A stretch of 64,000 nucleotides of DNA from Prasinococcaceae sp. CCMP 1430 (taxonomy: Eukaryota; Plantae; Prasinodermophyta): assembly GCA_013416795.1 (NCBI GenBank), contig RQSC01000523.1, positions 40,642 through 104,641 of the forward strand, read 5' to 3'. Positions 45,682 to 57,218 of this stretch are shown one piece after another. The position numbers and the translations under genes were made by a program. The first letter of the stretch is position 1. The number at the start of each line of letters is the position of its first letter. Below the pieces are notes generated by a model that saw only the letters and a list, made by a program, of their open reading frames with translations, was not told the origin of the DNA and ran no database searches.

Positions 45682-47780
45682 TCAGGCGAAGAATGAAGTC
45701 GTGTCGCCGCACCCGACCGTCTCGACGCCCAGCAGCGAGAGCACGCCCGTATTTATCACGCTCTCCGCGGCGTTTCTGTCGCCCGACTGGAGCAGCGCCG
45801 GCACGCCTGAGGAGCCACAGATCAGGCTCGACTTCGAAAATTCCTCCGCCTTGAGCTCCACCATCTTGCCATTGGCGGAGAGGCCTTTACAGAGCGCAGA
45901 TTATGAGCGCGGGGAAGGTGTGCAGGAGTGTGTCAGCAGACTGGCGCGCACTCGGCGCGCAAAGACCCCCTCACGCACCACACAGCACGCGCGCATCGCG
46001 AGTGCGCGCGAGCTGTCGGCGACGCACCAATATTGCCAAATCCGGTGTAGTCCGCAGTCATCAGGATGACCCTGTCCCTGTTGATGTAGTGCGCGAAGCC
46101 GCGCCTGCTGGCGCCGCGCATCTCCGTACCCGTGAGTCCCTCGTTCTTGTACACGTAGTGCGAGCGCGGGTGGTCCAGGGCCATGTCAATGCCGCGCTGG
46201 ATGGACTGGTACGGCTTGTCGGGCGTCCCCTCGCCAGTGAAGTCCGAGCCGGACACGGACACATACACGTCGCAGTAGAACACGCGCGCGTGCTCGCTCA
46301 CGGCGGAATAGCTCACGCCGCCGTCATTGCTGACCTGCAGGTCCTTGAAAAAGCAGGGACGCTGCGTTGTGTATTGCCTGCCACCCGGCAGCGAACCGTC
46401 GCCCGGATGCGGGTCCTGCCTGGGCGCGATGCAGCGGATCTGCTCGGAGGTGTCGTAGTGCCCCGGGAACACCATCTCCACGTTGGTCAGATTGTCGCTG
46501 AGCTTGCAGAGGATGCCATCGGACGGCAGGAAGTTCTGGCCGCGCACGGTGAGCTCTGCGTTGCCTTCGAAGGGCACCCTGCTCGGATATGCGCCCTCGT
46601 TGCCCGACGTGGTCACCTCGAGCACATCTGGCCGCGCGCTTCCCACGTTGAAAACCCAGCTGTCGCCGACGGCGTGGCCGGTGGTCGCGCCGAAGCTCAC
46701 CGTCACGCCGTAGGACAGCTCTTGCTCGCCGCCGGTGATGCCGACGCCCGATACGTACTCGACACTCGCCATATTGTCCAGGCGCCACTTGAAGGTGTCC
46801 GGAGTGCCCGCGGAGTCGATGACGACCTCGTACGCGTATCTGCCATCGCCAGCGAAGTTGCCGCCAGTCATGAGGTCGTCGAGCGCGTTGGCCCCGTGTT
46901 CGTCGTCCGGCGGATCCTCGACGTAGCCCTCGCCCCCGCCGTCGCCCGAGTCGTAGTAGCTGAACGTGACGTTGCCGTCGACATACTCGACGCCGTCGTT
47001 GGAGACGTACACGGTCACCTGCGTGCCGGCTGCGAGGCCGTCCTCGTCGTCGCCAGGCTCGGCCTCGGGCGACACGCACATGATCTTGCCGTAGTTGTCC
47101 CAGCGCGCGGAGACGGCCACGGAACCGAACTTGCATTTGAGGGCGCTGCCCGGCAGGAAGTTTGCGTCGCTGAGGCGCGTGCTGGTGTGCAGGACCGCGT
47201 TCTGTATGGTGACCTCCGTGCCCCCGACAGCAGGCCCCGTGGAGTTGTCGGTGAGCCACACCTCGTCGCTCGCGTCCTCGACGCCCATGGGCGCGTTCTC
47301 CGAGTAGTGGAAGGTGAGGTACGTCCCCTCCCTCTCCATGACGTTCGGAAACGCCGTGAAGATCGTGCCGTCGTTGGACACCGTCACGTGGGCCGGCAGC
47401 GCGCTATTGCGCGCGGGCGTGACACACGTGATGCGCCCGGCGTTGACATACGTCGCGGGCACCTCGTCAACCTCGCCAGACGAGTCAGAGAAGCGCACCG
47501 CGGCGCCGAGCGAGCGCACGAAGGGCCCGCCGCGGATGGTGATGCGCGTGCCCCCCACCGTGTGACCCTTGTCCGGGTACAGCAGCTGCAGCGCCGGCGC
47601 CTCTGCGAGCTGCGCCGCAACGAGCCGCACGGCGCTGCCCGCGGCCCGCGCCGCGCCTGGCGACGCCCCGCGCGCGCCGTGTGCCGCGCCGCGCCGCGGC
47701 CAACGCTCGAGCCGCAGCCGCTCTGACCTTTGAAATACAGCAACTCTCCCGTGGGTGATCGTTTGAACTTTGCCACCTGC
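45682..47780 (-). CDS. Multi-IPT/TIG domain protein ending in the start of a beta-helix-like (DUF1565-type) module; intron 45885-46027; 5' exons unresolved
   Basis: Three IPT/TIG-like units (P..G.TVGGT.ITI.G...CVTP...VTVSNDG), then VYVSVSGSDFTGEGTPDKPYQSIQRGI and GNIG|LSANGKMVEL. A TGTAA follows the stop on the minus strand. Confidence 0.8.
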
Positions 47781-48107
47781 GTGCCACCTGGCGCCGTGCG
47801 AGCTCAAGAAAAGAAAAAAAAGGAGAGTGGCCGGCCGCTCGCCCTTCCATCTGAAGTCGCGATTTTTTTTTAGATTTCCGATTTTTCGCCCATTTCTTCC
47901 AACTCGGCTCGAGGTTCCGCACGTCGCTCGCGTGCACACATGAGCTCGTTGGGATCATGGAAATGCCATGACCCAAAGTATATTAGGGTTGTATTTGGTA
48001 GGGTCCGTGTTGTGGAATAGATAAGGCGTTCTCGGCGGGCGTGCGCGGCCGCGGGCCCGCGAGGGCTTGCGGCGGGCGGCCACCGCCACACGAGAAGCCC
48101 GGACGGC

Positions 48108-49131
48108 TTGCGCCTGGCTGCGGCGAGCGGCGGTGACGGCGACGGCGGCGTGCACGCTGGCGCGGCGTTCCTGCACCTCTTCGTGGAGGCGCGCCCTCCT
48201 GGGAGGTCGCTCATCGAGACGGGGCGATTCAAGACCTTCCTGGACTGCAACCTGCACTGCCTCGAGGTCGAGCGCTACCACCCGGCCTACCTCGCGTCGG
48301 CGTCGCACGCGTCCGTGCTGCTCGAGGACGAGGACAAGAACGCGGCCGACCTGCAGCTGCCGTACTTCAATCTGAGCGTGTACGAGGAGAGCGGCAAGGC
48401 ACCCACCTCGGGTGGCGTGGGCGCGCTCTTCGAGGCTCACCTCGACTTCGTAGAGGCGTGTGAGATTGCTCACCAGGACCAGGTGCACGTGCCGATGACG
48501 GCGACGGAGGTCGCGTCGGTCGGAACGAGCGGCGCAAGGGCGCTCGCGGAGTTCGACGGTCAGCCGACCGCCGAGGGCCAGATCACGGTGCTCGCACTGC
48601 TGCCCAAGGCGATGGACGATCAGTGGCAGCAGTGGAGCGGCGCGGACGCGTGCGCCGCCGTGGAGGGCCACAGCGGCGCGAGCCTGTACGCCGTCGCAGA
48701 CGAGGACATCAACGGGGAGGGAGGTGCGTGCGTGCGATCACGCGCGCGCGCGCGCGGCTTGCAGCGATCCAGCTGCGGCGTACTGATGCCAACTGCGCCA
48801 CGGATGCGCACATGCTGCGACGCGCGCGCTCGCAGACGACGTGCTCTGCCGCACGGTTCTCGTCGCCGAGTATGAGCAGGGCGCGCTCGACGACGACGCG
48901 GCGCTCAAGCTGCTGGATGACGTCAAGGCCGCCGCCGGACCTGACGCCACCGTTGGGCTCTACCAGCGCCGCCTGCGCGCCAAGCGTGGCGGCGTGCCCG
49001 TCGGGGCGGCAATCGCGCTGGTTGAGAAGGCCAGGGCCGACATGCGCGAGGACATGATGCAGAAGCTGCGCGACGCCACCAAATCGGGGGAGGGTGCCTC
49101 CGCGGGCGAGAGCTTTTTTTCCGACTTGTAA
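48108..49131 (+). CDS. Hypothetical protein; intron 48724-48835; start codon not identified
   Basis: Strong GC3 bias across both exons, and the GTGCGT..CGCAG intron splices them in frame (phase 1). There is no in-frame ATG between the upstream TAG (48018-48020) and the coding-like region. Confidence 0.6.
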
Positions 49132-49193
49132 CGTTGACGACGTGATTGGCTGCCCATGCCCCGTGAATTACATCGCAGACGCCGTGACGCCGA

Positions 49194-50571
49194 TCACTCG
49201 CGCTCACCCACGAGCAGCGCGGCGGCCTTGACGATGTCTGCTACGCTCGCAGTCGTCTTGACTGCCTCAGTGCTCACGTGGCTGACGCACGCGGCGTGGC
49301 CGGCGTCGCGCAACGCACGAACGAGCTTGCTCACCGAGGGCGTGCCACGCAGGCCCTGCCCCTTGAGCACGTTTGTGACCTTGTAGTACGACGCAATATG
49401 CGCGATGCCCTCCACACACTCCTCCGCCATGCTGTCGATGAGCCTGGCGAGCCTGCGCTGATCGACGTCGCCGTCGGCCTTCGCCCAGCCGCAGTCAAGC
49501 GCGCGGCGGCGCAGCTCGGCGACGTGCGCTTCGTCGTGCATCGGTCCGAGCCACATCGGTCCAGACAATGTGAGCGCTCCTGCTGCGCCGCACGCGTTGC
49601 AGGTGCCCGTGTAACCCGCGCCGAGCGCATCCATGCCGACTTGCCCCGCCTCGCCGCAAGCACTGCAATGGGAGGCATAGCCCACCTCGCTCTCGCACGG
49701 CAGCGAGCCAGCACGTGTGCGTTCCACGCGAAGCATGACCCGCCACACTGGTCCGTGCGCAGCGTACAGCGAGAACAGCGGCCTCGCGCGCAGGCCTCGC
49801 GCAGCAGCCTCGCGAACGGCGTGCGCGGTGAGCGCGCGAAGCTGGTGCTCGTTCGCCGAAGGCACCGGCCGCGTAAAGCTGCCATACATCGCCCATGATC
49901 GCATCGTGCGGTGCCCGCCGGCTGCGAGACCATCTGTGGAAGTCACGTACAGCAGGCCGCCGTCGTGCCGCACACACTCGAGCGCAGCGCCCACGAACCG
50001 GCTGTCGCTGCCGAAACTGTCGACGTCAACGAGATCGAAATATGTGCCGGCGAGCGCGTGCGCGTGGCAAGCCTTGACGGCATCACCACAAGTCACGGTT
50101 GAGCGCCCTCCCTGTGGGTCGACGCTCGCAAGATTAGACGAGCACGCTGCCGCCGCTGCCTCCGAGGCGTCGTTCGCATGCACGTGCGCTGCTCCGCCGT
50201 GGACGAGGTACCTCGCGGCGCGCCCCCCACTACCCGCAAGCGCATCGAGCACAACTACGCCACAGCCGTCGGCGCTCGTGGTTTGGTGCGCCCCCGAGGC
50301 CCCCGCGACGGGCGGCGCTGGCACATCACCGCCCCCTTCGGCACGCGCGCTCGCACACCGCGCCGCGCGCGCCCTCTCGTCCGCGTGCATGCGCAGTGTC
50401 AATGCTGCGAGGTCACGGCCATACATGCTCTCGCGCCGGTAGAAGGCACCGGCGGTGTCGAATACGACGCCGCGCTCGTCCGCGGGGGCGGTCCCGGCGT
50501 CCTCGGCATCCATGACGGCCGAAGCTGCCGGCTGCGCTGCGCCACGCCGCCTCCAGGCGCGCGGGCCCGCC
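49194..50571 (-). CDS. TRM1: tRNA (guanine26-N2)-dimethyltransferase, plant At3g56330-like organellar TRM1 type; native 5' end unclear
   Basis: FYRRESMYGRDL, VLDALAGSGGRAARYL, HVHANDA, FDLVDVDSFGSDSRF, GGLLYVTSTDG, AHGPVWRVMLRV and GPMWLGPMHD. Confidence 0.9.
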
Positions 50572-50705
50572 CGGGGCATGGCATTGCTGTCGCCGCGTGC
50601 CCAGTAAAAAGTCGCCACGGCGCCCGCAATGGTCGTCAGCGCAATGCCAACTATCACCTGGTTGGTCCACAGGTAACCGAACAGGTGGTACAGGAACATG
50701 TAGCG
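50572..50705 (-). pseudogene. Orphan fragment of a choline transporter-like (CTL/SLC44) gene, in frame upstream of TRM1
   Basis: Reads RYMFLYHLFGYLWTNQVIVGIALTTIAGAVATFYWARGDSNAMP, matching the CTL motif FGxxWTxxFxxAxxxxxIAGAVAxxYW. It abuts the single N at 50706. Confidence 0.75.
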
Positions 50706-50706
50706 N

Positions 50707-51580
50707 CACGCCGTGCGCGCGCGTGCGCGCGCGCGCAACCGCCGCCGAGGCGGGCGCGTCTGCCGAGGAGGACACCGACGCGCTCATGGCCTCGCTCACG
50801 CGCATCAACGAGCACAACGCCGCAGTCGCGCGGCCGGCGCCGGCCGACGACTGCCGCACGCTGCTTGCGACGCAAAAGATGGGCGTGCTCAGCACCAACG
50901 CCTCGCAGGGCGGAGCGCTGGAGGGCTTCCCCGCGGGCGCCGTCGCGAGCTTCGCAGCGCAGGCGGACGGCCTGCCGGTGTTTGCGCTGAGCCGTCTGAG
51001 CGCGCACATGCGCGACCTGCGCGCCGACGGACGGTGCTCGCTGGTGGTGGCGGAGGATGGCGCCGAGGGCATGAACTCCGCGCGCGTGACGCTCATCGGC
51101 ACCGTCGAAGAGGTCGCTGACGAGGAGGAGCAGGCCGCGTGCCGCGAGGCTTACCTCGCGCGCCACCCGGACGCGTTCTGGGTGGACTTCGGCGACTTCT
51201 CGTGGTTCAAAATGCGCAGCGTGGCCACCGTGCGGCTGGTTGGTGGGTTCGCCCGCGCGCACACCGTGAGCGCCGAGGCATACGCCGCGGCGAGTCCCGA
51301 CCCGGTCTCGGCGTTCTCCGGCCCGGTGTGCGCACACATGAACGATGACCACACCGACTCGACGGCGGCCATCGTCGCGCGCGCCTCGGGCGTGAGCGTG
51401 GACGCCGCCAAGATGTTGGGCATCGACCGCCTGGGCATGGATGTGGAGTGCGAGCTCGGTGGCGAGCGCTTCAACGTGCGCTGCGCGTGGGAGAGCCCGG
51501 CGGAGAGCCGCGCGGACATCAAGGCCAGGATCGTGGAGCTCAGCAAGCTCGCCGCGACTGAGGCCGCGACTGAGGCGTAG
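50707..51580 (+). CDS. HugZ/HOZ-like heme-binding split-barrel protein with a C-terminal DUF2470 domain; transit peptide truncated at the N
   Basis: GVLST...GFPAGAVASFA...PVFALSRLSAHMRDLRADGRCSL, ARVTLIG, YLARHPDAFWVDFGDF, VGGFARA and HMNDDH. Confidence 0.88.
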
Positions 51581-52358
51581 GGCGGCGACCAGCTGTAGGT
51601 CGCCGGGGACGAGGAGGTGGGGAGCGTGCCGTGGGGACAGGACGGACCGGGGTGGGTGAGGAAGAGGATAGTCTGCCGCCAGCCGCGCGCCGGCGCTCGC
51701 GCCGGCCTCCGTGACCCTCGCGCGTGTTGCTGTGTATTCATAGTCTATTGTGTTACGCTCGGAGGGGTAGCGACGCGCGCGCGCCCCGCCGCCGCCGCCG
51801 CGCGCTCGCCCGCGCACAGGGAGAGCGACGCCACTCCCGCGCTCACGCACCCGACAGCGGCGTCGCTCACCGCCACGGCGCGGGCGTGGGCGCCTCCTCC
51901 GCCCCGCAACCACCGACCGGAGACCGGCCAGCTGGCTGGCTCGCCGGCGCGCCGAGGTGCTGTACCTGCCTGCATCGCTCGCCACGTGCGAGCGCGTGGC
52001 GCGCGCGCGCGCTGAAATTAAACCCTGATTTGAAATACCTAAATCGTCCTCTTTTCTAACCTCAACGAGGCGAGGGGTCGTTCTGGCCGGGGGCTCGGAG
52101 CTCTCCGCCGGCGCGCGTGGCCCGAAGGGGCACGGGTGCGCTGGCCGTGCGGCCGGCGGGGTGCCGGCCGCGCGGCCCTCGCGGGCGCCGTCACGGACGA
52201 GGGGGGGGGGGGGGGGGAGGGGGAAAGGTCACTCGCGCGCGCGCACGCGCGCGCGTGGAGGGGAGGGGAGGTCGCGCGAGAAGGGGAGGGGAGGAGAGGG
52301 ACGGAATTGCCGCGAAGAGGCGTCGGCCGGCGCGCGGTCCGGGCCGGATCGGCAGGCG

Positions 52359-53978
52359 ATGGTGTGCTCGGCGAAGGACGACGTGGTCGGATGGGAGGAA
52401 GATGAGGGCGACGATGGGCTGCGCGCGCTGCAGGCGGTGCTCGAGGGTACCCACGGCGCGGCCTCCGGCGCCGCGTCGCCGCGCACGTCATCGTCATCGC
52501 GGCAGTGCCTGGCCGAAAGTTGCGACGGCACTGGCGAAAAGCAGAAGATGACGCAGAGTCAAATCGATGCACCGTACGGCGTGGCTGGCCACGACTTCTT
52601 CATGCGCGGTGGGATCGTCGCCCCGAAGGTGCTCAAGGCACACGGCGTGGCGCAAAGTAGCTGGCGGCGCAATGGGTCGGCGACGACACTGCCTCAGGAC
52701 AACGAGCGCACGCGGCGCTCGACGTCCGAAGTGAAGCGCGAGGAGAAGGTGCGCACGGTTGCGTGGACGCAAGCACGCGCACTGGCTGCGGCAAAGCAGC
52801 TGTGGAACGAGCGCGCGTCGGCACGTGCACATGGCAAGGGCGGTCGGCTGCTGAGACTGCCCATCGATGAGGCCACTGATGACCGATGGAGTCAGCCGCA
52901 GGGATTCTGCCGCAGTGAATGGGCGCCCTACTCGGACGCGCTGCAGGCGCTCGTGACGCGACACAGGCGCGAGACGGGTGGCAGCCACTTGGGGCTACCC
53001 AGCGTGGACGGCAAGCGCATCGGGACTCGCACTCGAGGTCGTCGCGGCGCCGCAGACGCGCACCAGGGTCGGGTTGACGATGGCGGTGACGATGAGAGAG
53101 GCAGCGGAGGATGCGATTCTCCAAATGTGTACGAGCGTACGGATGGTAGGACGGCGGCACGCGCGCATGCGCGTGCACTGCCGGCGCGACCGTCGACATC
53201 TCCGCCGCCTGGTCAGCGCCCACGCACCGCCGTCACCTCGGCGACACACACGCGCATGCCACGCCGCACAACACCCGCGTCAGAGGAGCGCGCGTGGAGC
53301 CTGCACTTTTCCCCAGCTGTGCAAGCTCCGACGGCACAGCCCACTGGTACGTCGGGATCACGGCGCGTGGCGGCCGGCGATGGGGTATTGTCTAGAAAGA
53401 GAGGGCGCGGTGGTGTGCGAGATGGTGGCTGCAGCAATGGTGCCTCCGTTGAGTCTTCAGGCGGTGCATCGTCGCCTCCTCAGCAGTCAAAGGCAAGCAT
53501 CACGTTGGGCAGCGCTCCCATTGGTGCGGGTGTAATGACGCTGCCTGGCTTCGGTGCGACGCACACGCACCGTGCGGCTGCGGACGCCGAGCGGTGGTCG
53601 GCCGCTGAGCTTAGCAAGGGCCTTGGCATTTCGTGGCATCCCACCGCCGACACGCGCATGTGCGCGCAGGTGCGCACGTACGCCCAGGTGCGCAACGACA
53701 GGGCGGGTTCCATGGCGGGCGGCGGTAATACGCGCGCGCACCCGGGCATCGCCGGCAGGCACGCGCGTGGCCGCGCCGATGCGCGCACAGGCGCTGACGG
53801 TCAGCTTGGCATTCTAGTCGCCGGAGCAAAGATGGACCTGGTCACGCTGCCATTGTCCTTGCCGCGCTGGCGCACCCCGTCGCGGGTGCTGCCGCCGTCG
53901 CCCCGTCGGTCCCCGTCACCTCGCCGGCCCATCGGTGTGCACATTCCCTGCGAAGTGCTCATCGAGCAGCCTCTCTGA
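52359..53978 (+). CDS. Hypothetical low-complexity protein
   Basis: Long open frame from ATG 52359 downstream of an AT-rich promoter-like patch; no family motif recognised. Confidence 0.5.
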   Translation: MVCSAKDDVVGWEEDEGDDGLRALQAVLEGTHGAASGAASPRTSSSSRQCLAESCDGTGEKQKMTQSQIDAPYGVAGHDFFMRGGIVAPKVLKAHGVAQSSWRRNGSATTLPQDNERTRRSTSEVKREEKVRTVAWTQARALAAAKQLWNERASARAHGKGGRLLRLPIDEATDDRWSQPQGFCRSEWAPYSDALQALVTRHRRETGGSHLGLPSVDGKRIGTRTRGRRGAADAHQGRVDDGGDDERGSGGCDSPNVYERTDGRTAARAHARALPARPSTSPPPGQRPRTAVTSATHTRMPRRTTPASEERAWSLHFSPAVQAPTAQPTGTSGSRRVAAGDGVLSRKRGRGGVRDGGCSNGASVESSGGASSPPQQSKASITLGSAPIGAGVMTLPGFGATHTHRAAADAERWSAAELSKGLGISWHPTADTRMCAQVRTYAQVRNDRAGSMAGGGNTRAHPGIAGRHARGRADARTGADGQLGILVAGAKMDLVTLPLSLPRWRTPSRVLPPSPRRSPSPRRPIGVHIPCEVLIEQPL

Positions 53979-54153
53979 TACGCGCCTAGAGCTGTCGCGA
54001 GGGCGAGACGAGGCTGTACACGCACATAATAAGCTTGTCTACATGATACAAGGACGCAACGCGCCGTCACTGAGCGTACACGCTTGGGGCATACGACGGC
54101 ACGCCCCTTGGCGCGCGCGGACGCTGCGCCCCGAAGCCTTGCGGGAGCCGAGC

Positions 54154-54688
54154 TCACGCCAGCAGCTGGGCCGAGGCTGTGCGCCTGTCGCCGAGCATGA
54201 GGCGCTCCGCGCTGCCGCCGCAGCGCAGTGCCGCAAGGAACACGTAGCATGCGGCGGTCCAATTGCCCAGGACCATCATGGCGACGGTCCACGGCAGGCC
54301 GTAGAGCACGCCATCACGCAAGATAATCCAGCACGAGAACACTTGGAGCGATGTCGAGGGCAAGCGTGCGAGAGACAGAGAATGCCGGACGTCGTCAGCG
54401 CCTCGTGCAAACAGTGGCAAGGAGCAAAACCGAACACGCGCCTGCATTCGAGTGGGGCCGGGAAGGGGGTGGGGGGAGAGAGGGGCGGGCGCACGCACGT
54501 GAAAACCCTGTGTACAGGTCGACGAGGCTCACGACGCCCCACGGCATCTCGAGCAGCTGCTTGAGCTCCGCGCCCGCGTCGCCGACGACGAGCGCGCGCC
54601 CGATGACGGCCGTCATTGCGACGACTCCCACCGCGGCGCCTGCGGCGAGCGCACGCGCAGGCACCCGGGCGCCGCCGGGCGCAGCCAT
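54154..54688 (-). CDS. DUF1475-family small membrane protein; intron 54342-54498
   Basis: MPWGVVSLVDLYTGFS|LFSCWIILRD...W...MVLGNWTAACY. The GT..AG intron is phase 1 and splices in frame. Confidence 0.8.
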
Positions 54689-54896
54689 GGGCGAGGCGCC
54701 GCCTGCGAACGCGAGCCTGCGTCGCACGCGTGGGCCACCTATGGTGCCTCGCCGCGACGTGCGGCGCCCCGAGCGCCCCGCCCGCGCGCGCTCCGTCCCC
54801 TTCCGCTGCCCGGCCCGCGCCAAACGCGCCCCTACGCGCGACGCAGAGCGCGTGGGTGAGGGTGAAGGGGCGAGGAGGGGGGGGGGGGGGGGGGGC

Positions 54897-55662
54897 NNNN
54901 NNNNNNNNNNNNNNNNNNNNNNNNNNNNNNNNNNNNNNNNNNNNNNNNNNNNNNNNNNNNNNNNNNNNNNNNNNNNNNNNNNNNNNNNNNNNNNNNNNNN
55001 NNNNNNNNNNNNNNNNNNNNNNNNNNNNNNNNNNNNNNNNNNNNNNNNNNNNNNNNNNNNNNNNNNNNNNNNNNNNNNNNNNNNNNNNNNNNNNNNNNNN
55101 NNNNNNNNNNNNNNNNNNNNNNNNNNNNNNNNNNNNNNNNNNNNNNNNNNNNNNNNNNNNNNNNNNNNNNNNNNNNNNNNNNNNNNNNNNNNNNNNNNNN
55201 NNNNNNNNNNNNNNNNNNNNNNNNNNNNNNNNNNNNNNNNNNNNNNNNNNNNNNNNNNNNNNNNNNNNNNNNNNNNNNNNNNNNNNNNNNNNNNNNNNNN
55301 NNNNNNNNNNNNNNNNNNNNNNNNNNNNNNNNNNNNNNNNNNNNNNNNNNNNNNNNNNNNNNNNNNNNNNNNNNNNNNNNNNNNNNNNNNNNNNNNNNNN
55401 NNNNNNNNNNNNNNNNNNNNNNNNNNNNNNNNNNNNNNNNNNNNNNNNNNNNNNNNNNNNNNNNNNNNNNNNNNNNNNNNNNNNNNNNNNNNNNNNNNNN
55501 NNNNNNNNNNNNNNNNNNNNNNNNNNNNNNNNNNNNNNNNNNNNNNNNNNNNNNNNNNNNNNNNNNNNNNNNNNNNNNNNNNNNNNNNNNNNNNNNNNNN
55601 NNNNNNNNNNNNNNNNNNNNNNNNNNNNNNNNNNNNNNNNNNNNNNNNNNNNNNNNNNNNNN
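54897..55662. other. Assembly gap (N run), preceded by a poly-G tract
   Basis: Run of N. Confidence 1.
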
Positions 55663-56090
55663 CGGCTGTGGGCCGGCGCCACTGCCGCCGCGCGCGACGG
55701 CGCGACGGCGCGTGGGGGGAAGGGCGGGCTCGGTGGGCTGGGCCGGGTGTAGACGGGTGTGGATACCGCCTGCCTGCCGCTGCGACCGCCGCGGAGCTGC
55801 CGCGCCTCTCGCGGCGCGCTGGGGGCAGGGGTGGGGGAGGGGGCACGTTCGACAGGAGACTGAGGCATGGGGGTGCGTCGCGGACAGCACCGCTGCGGCA
55901 CGCCCTGGTGGGGAAGCGCGCGTGCGATGCCGCGTTTTAACGGCGCGAGCGCGGTCGCATTGCGTCCGCGTCACGCCTCATGGCGCCCCGAAGGAGCTCA
56001 GGGGCAGCGACCGAGCGGGCGCCGCCAGCGGTGGCCTCGCGTGCTGACGCGCGCGCTTGATGCTCTCGGTCGCTGCGCGCGCAGGATCCC

Positions 56091-56996
56091 GTGCAGACGA
56101 CGAGCGGGGGGCTGGGCGCGTGGGCGTCGGTTGAGCGTGGCGTGCGGCCGTTCGCACTGGGCGGGCTCGCAGGTTCGCTCGCCACCATGGTCGTGCACCC
56201 TGCCGACACCGTCAAGGTGCAGCAGCAGCTCGCCGGGGAGAGCGGCGCGCGCGCAGGCTCGATGGTGTCTGCTGCGCGCAGGCTGGTGAGCACCACGGGC
56301 GGGTACGGGGCGCTCTACAGTGGGCTGTCCGCAGCCATCATGCGGCAGTGCACATACACGACCGCTCGCATGGGCGTCTTCAGGTCGCTGAGCGACTGGC
56401 GGTCGGAGAGCGCGCACGGCGGCGCAGCGCTGCCGGTGGCGGAGAAGGCGCTCTGCGGGCTCGCCGCCGGCTTCATCGGCGCCTTCGTCGGCACGCCGGC
56501 GGACCTGACGCTTGTGCGCATGCAGGCCGACGCCATGCGACCGGTAGCCGAGCGACGCAACTATCGCGGCGTCTTTGACGCGCTCGCCCGGGTCGTGCGC
56601 GAGGAGGGAGTCCTCAATCTCTGGCGAGGCTCTGGGCCGACCATCGCGCGCGGCATGGTGGTCAACATGGCCCATCTCGCCACATACGACGAGGCCAAGC
56701 AGAGGCTGTGCTCACTCACCTCGCGGCCGACGTCGGACTGGGGGGTGCAGATTGCTGCGAGCTCCCTCTCGGGGTTTGCCATCGCCGTCGCGTCGCTGCC
56801 GCTGGATGTGTGCAAGACGCGGCTCATGAACATGAAGCCCGACCCCGCCACCGGCGAGCTGCCGTACAAGGGGACGCTCGACTGCGCCATGAAGATCGCG
56901 CGCCGCGAAGGCGTGGGCCGCCTCTACGCTGGATTTGGCTCCTACTACTGGCGGTGCTTCCCGCACGCGGCGCTAACACTGCTCTTCGCGGAGGGG
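56091..56996 (+). CDS. Mitochondrial carrier (SLC25), dicarboxylate/tricarboxylate or 2-oxoglutarate/malate type; start and last exon unresolved
   Basis: Three carrier signatures (HPADTVK, TPADLTLVRMQAD, LPLDVCKTR) plus ERRNYRGVFDALARVVREEGVLNLW. A GTGAGC donor-like site is at 56997 and there is no in-frame stop. Confidence 0.92.
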
Positions 56997-57218
56997 GTGA
57001 GCCATGCCGCGCTCGTGCGGTCCGCCAGCGGCGCCGGCGTGCGAGCGCGCGCGCGCCGCGCCCGCACGCCCGCTGCGGGCGGCCGCGGGGGCGCGCGCTC
57101 TCGCTCTCGCTCCGCGCTTCGCGCGACCGCGAGCCCGGTGGGGGTGCCCCCGTTGGTTCGAGCCGGCTCGCTGGGACGCTCGCCGAATGCCGCGTGTCGC
57201 CGCAGCGGGGCCGCGCGG

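Noticed and set aside
45660-45690. TGA ending the IPT/TIG gene as a second Sec codon
   Set aside because: It is not in a redox motif, no conserved frame follows, and a TGTAA poly(A)-like signal comes right after it.
57140-57180. GGTTCGAGCC as a tRNA T-loop or B-box
   Set aside because: The T-stem does not pair (G52 opposite G62), and I see no acceptor, D or anticodon arms.
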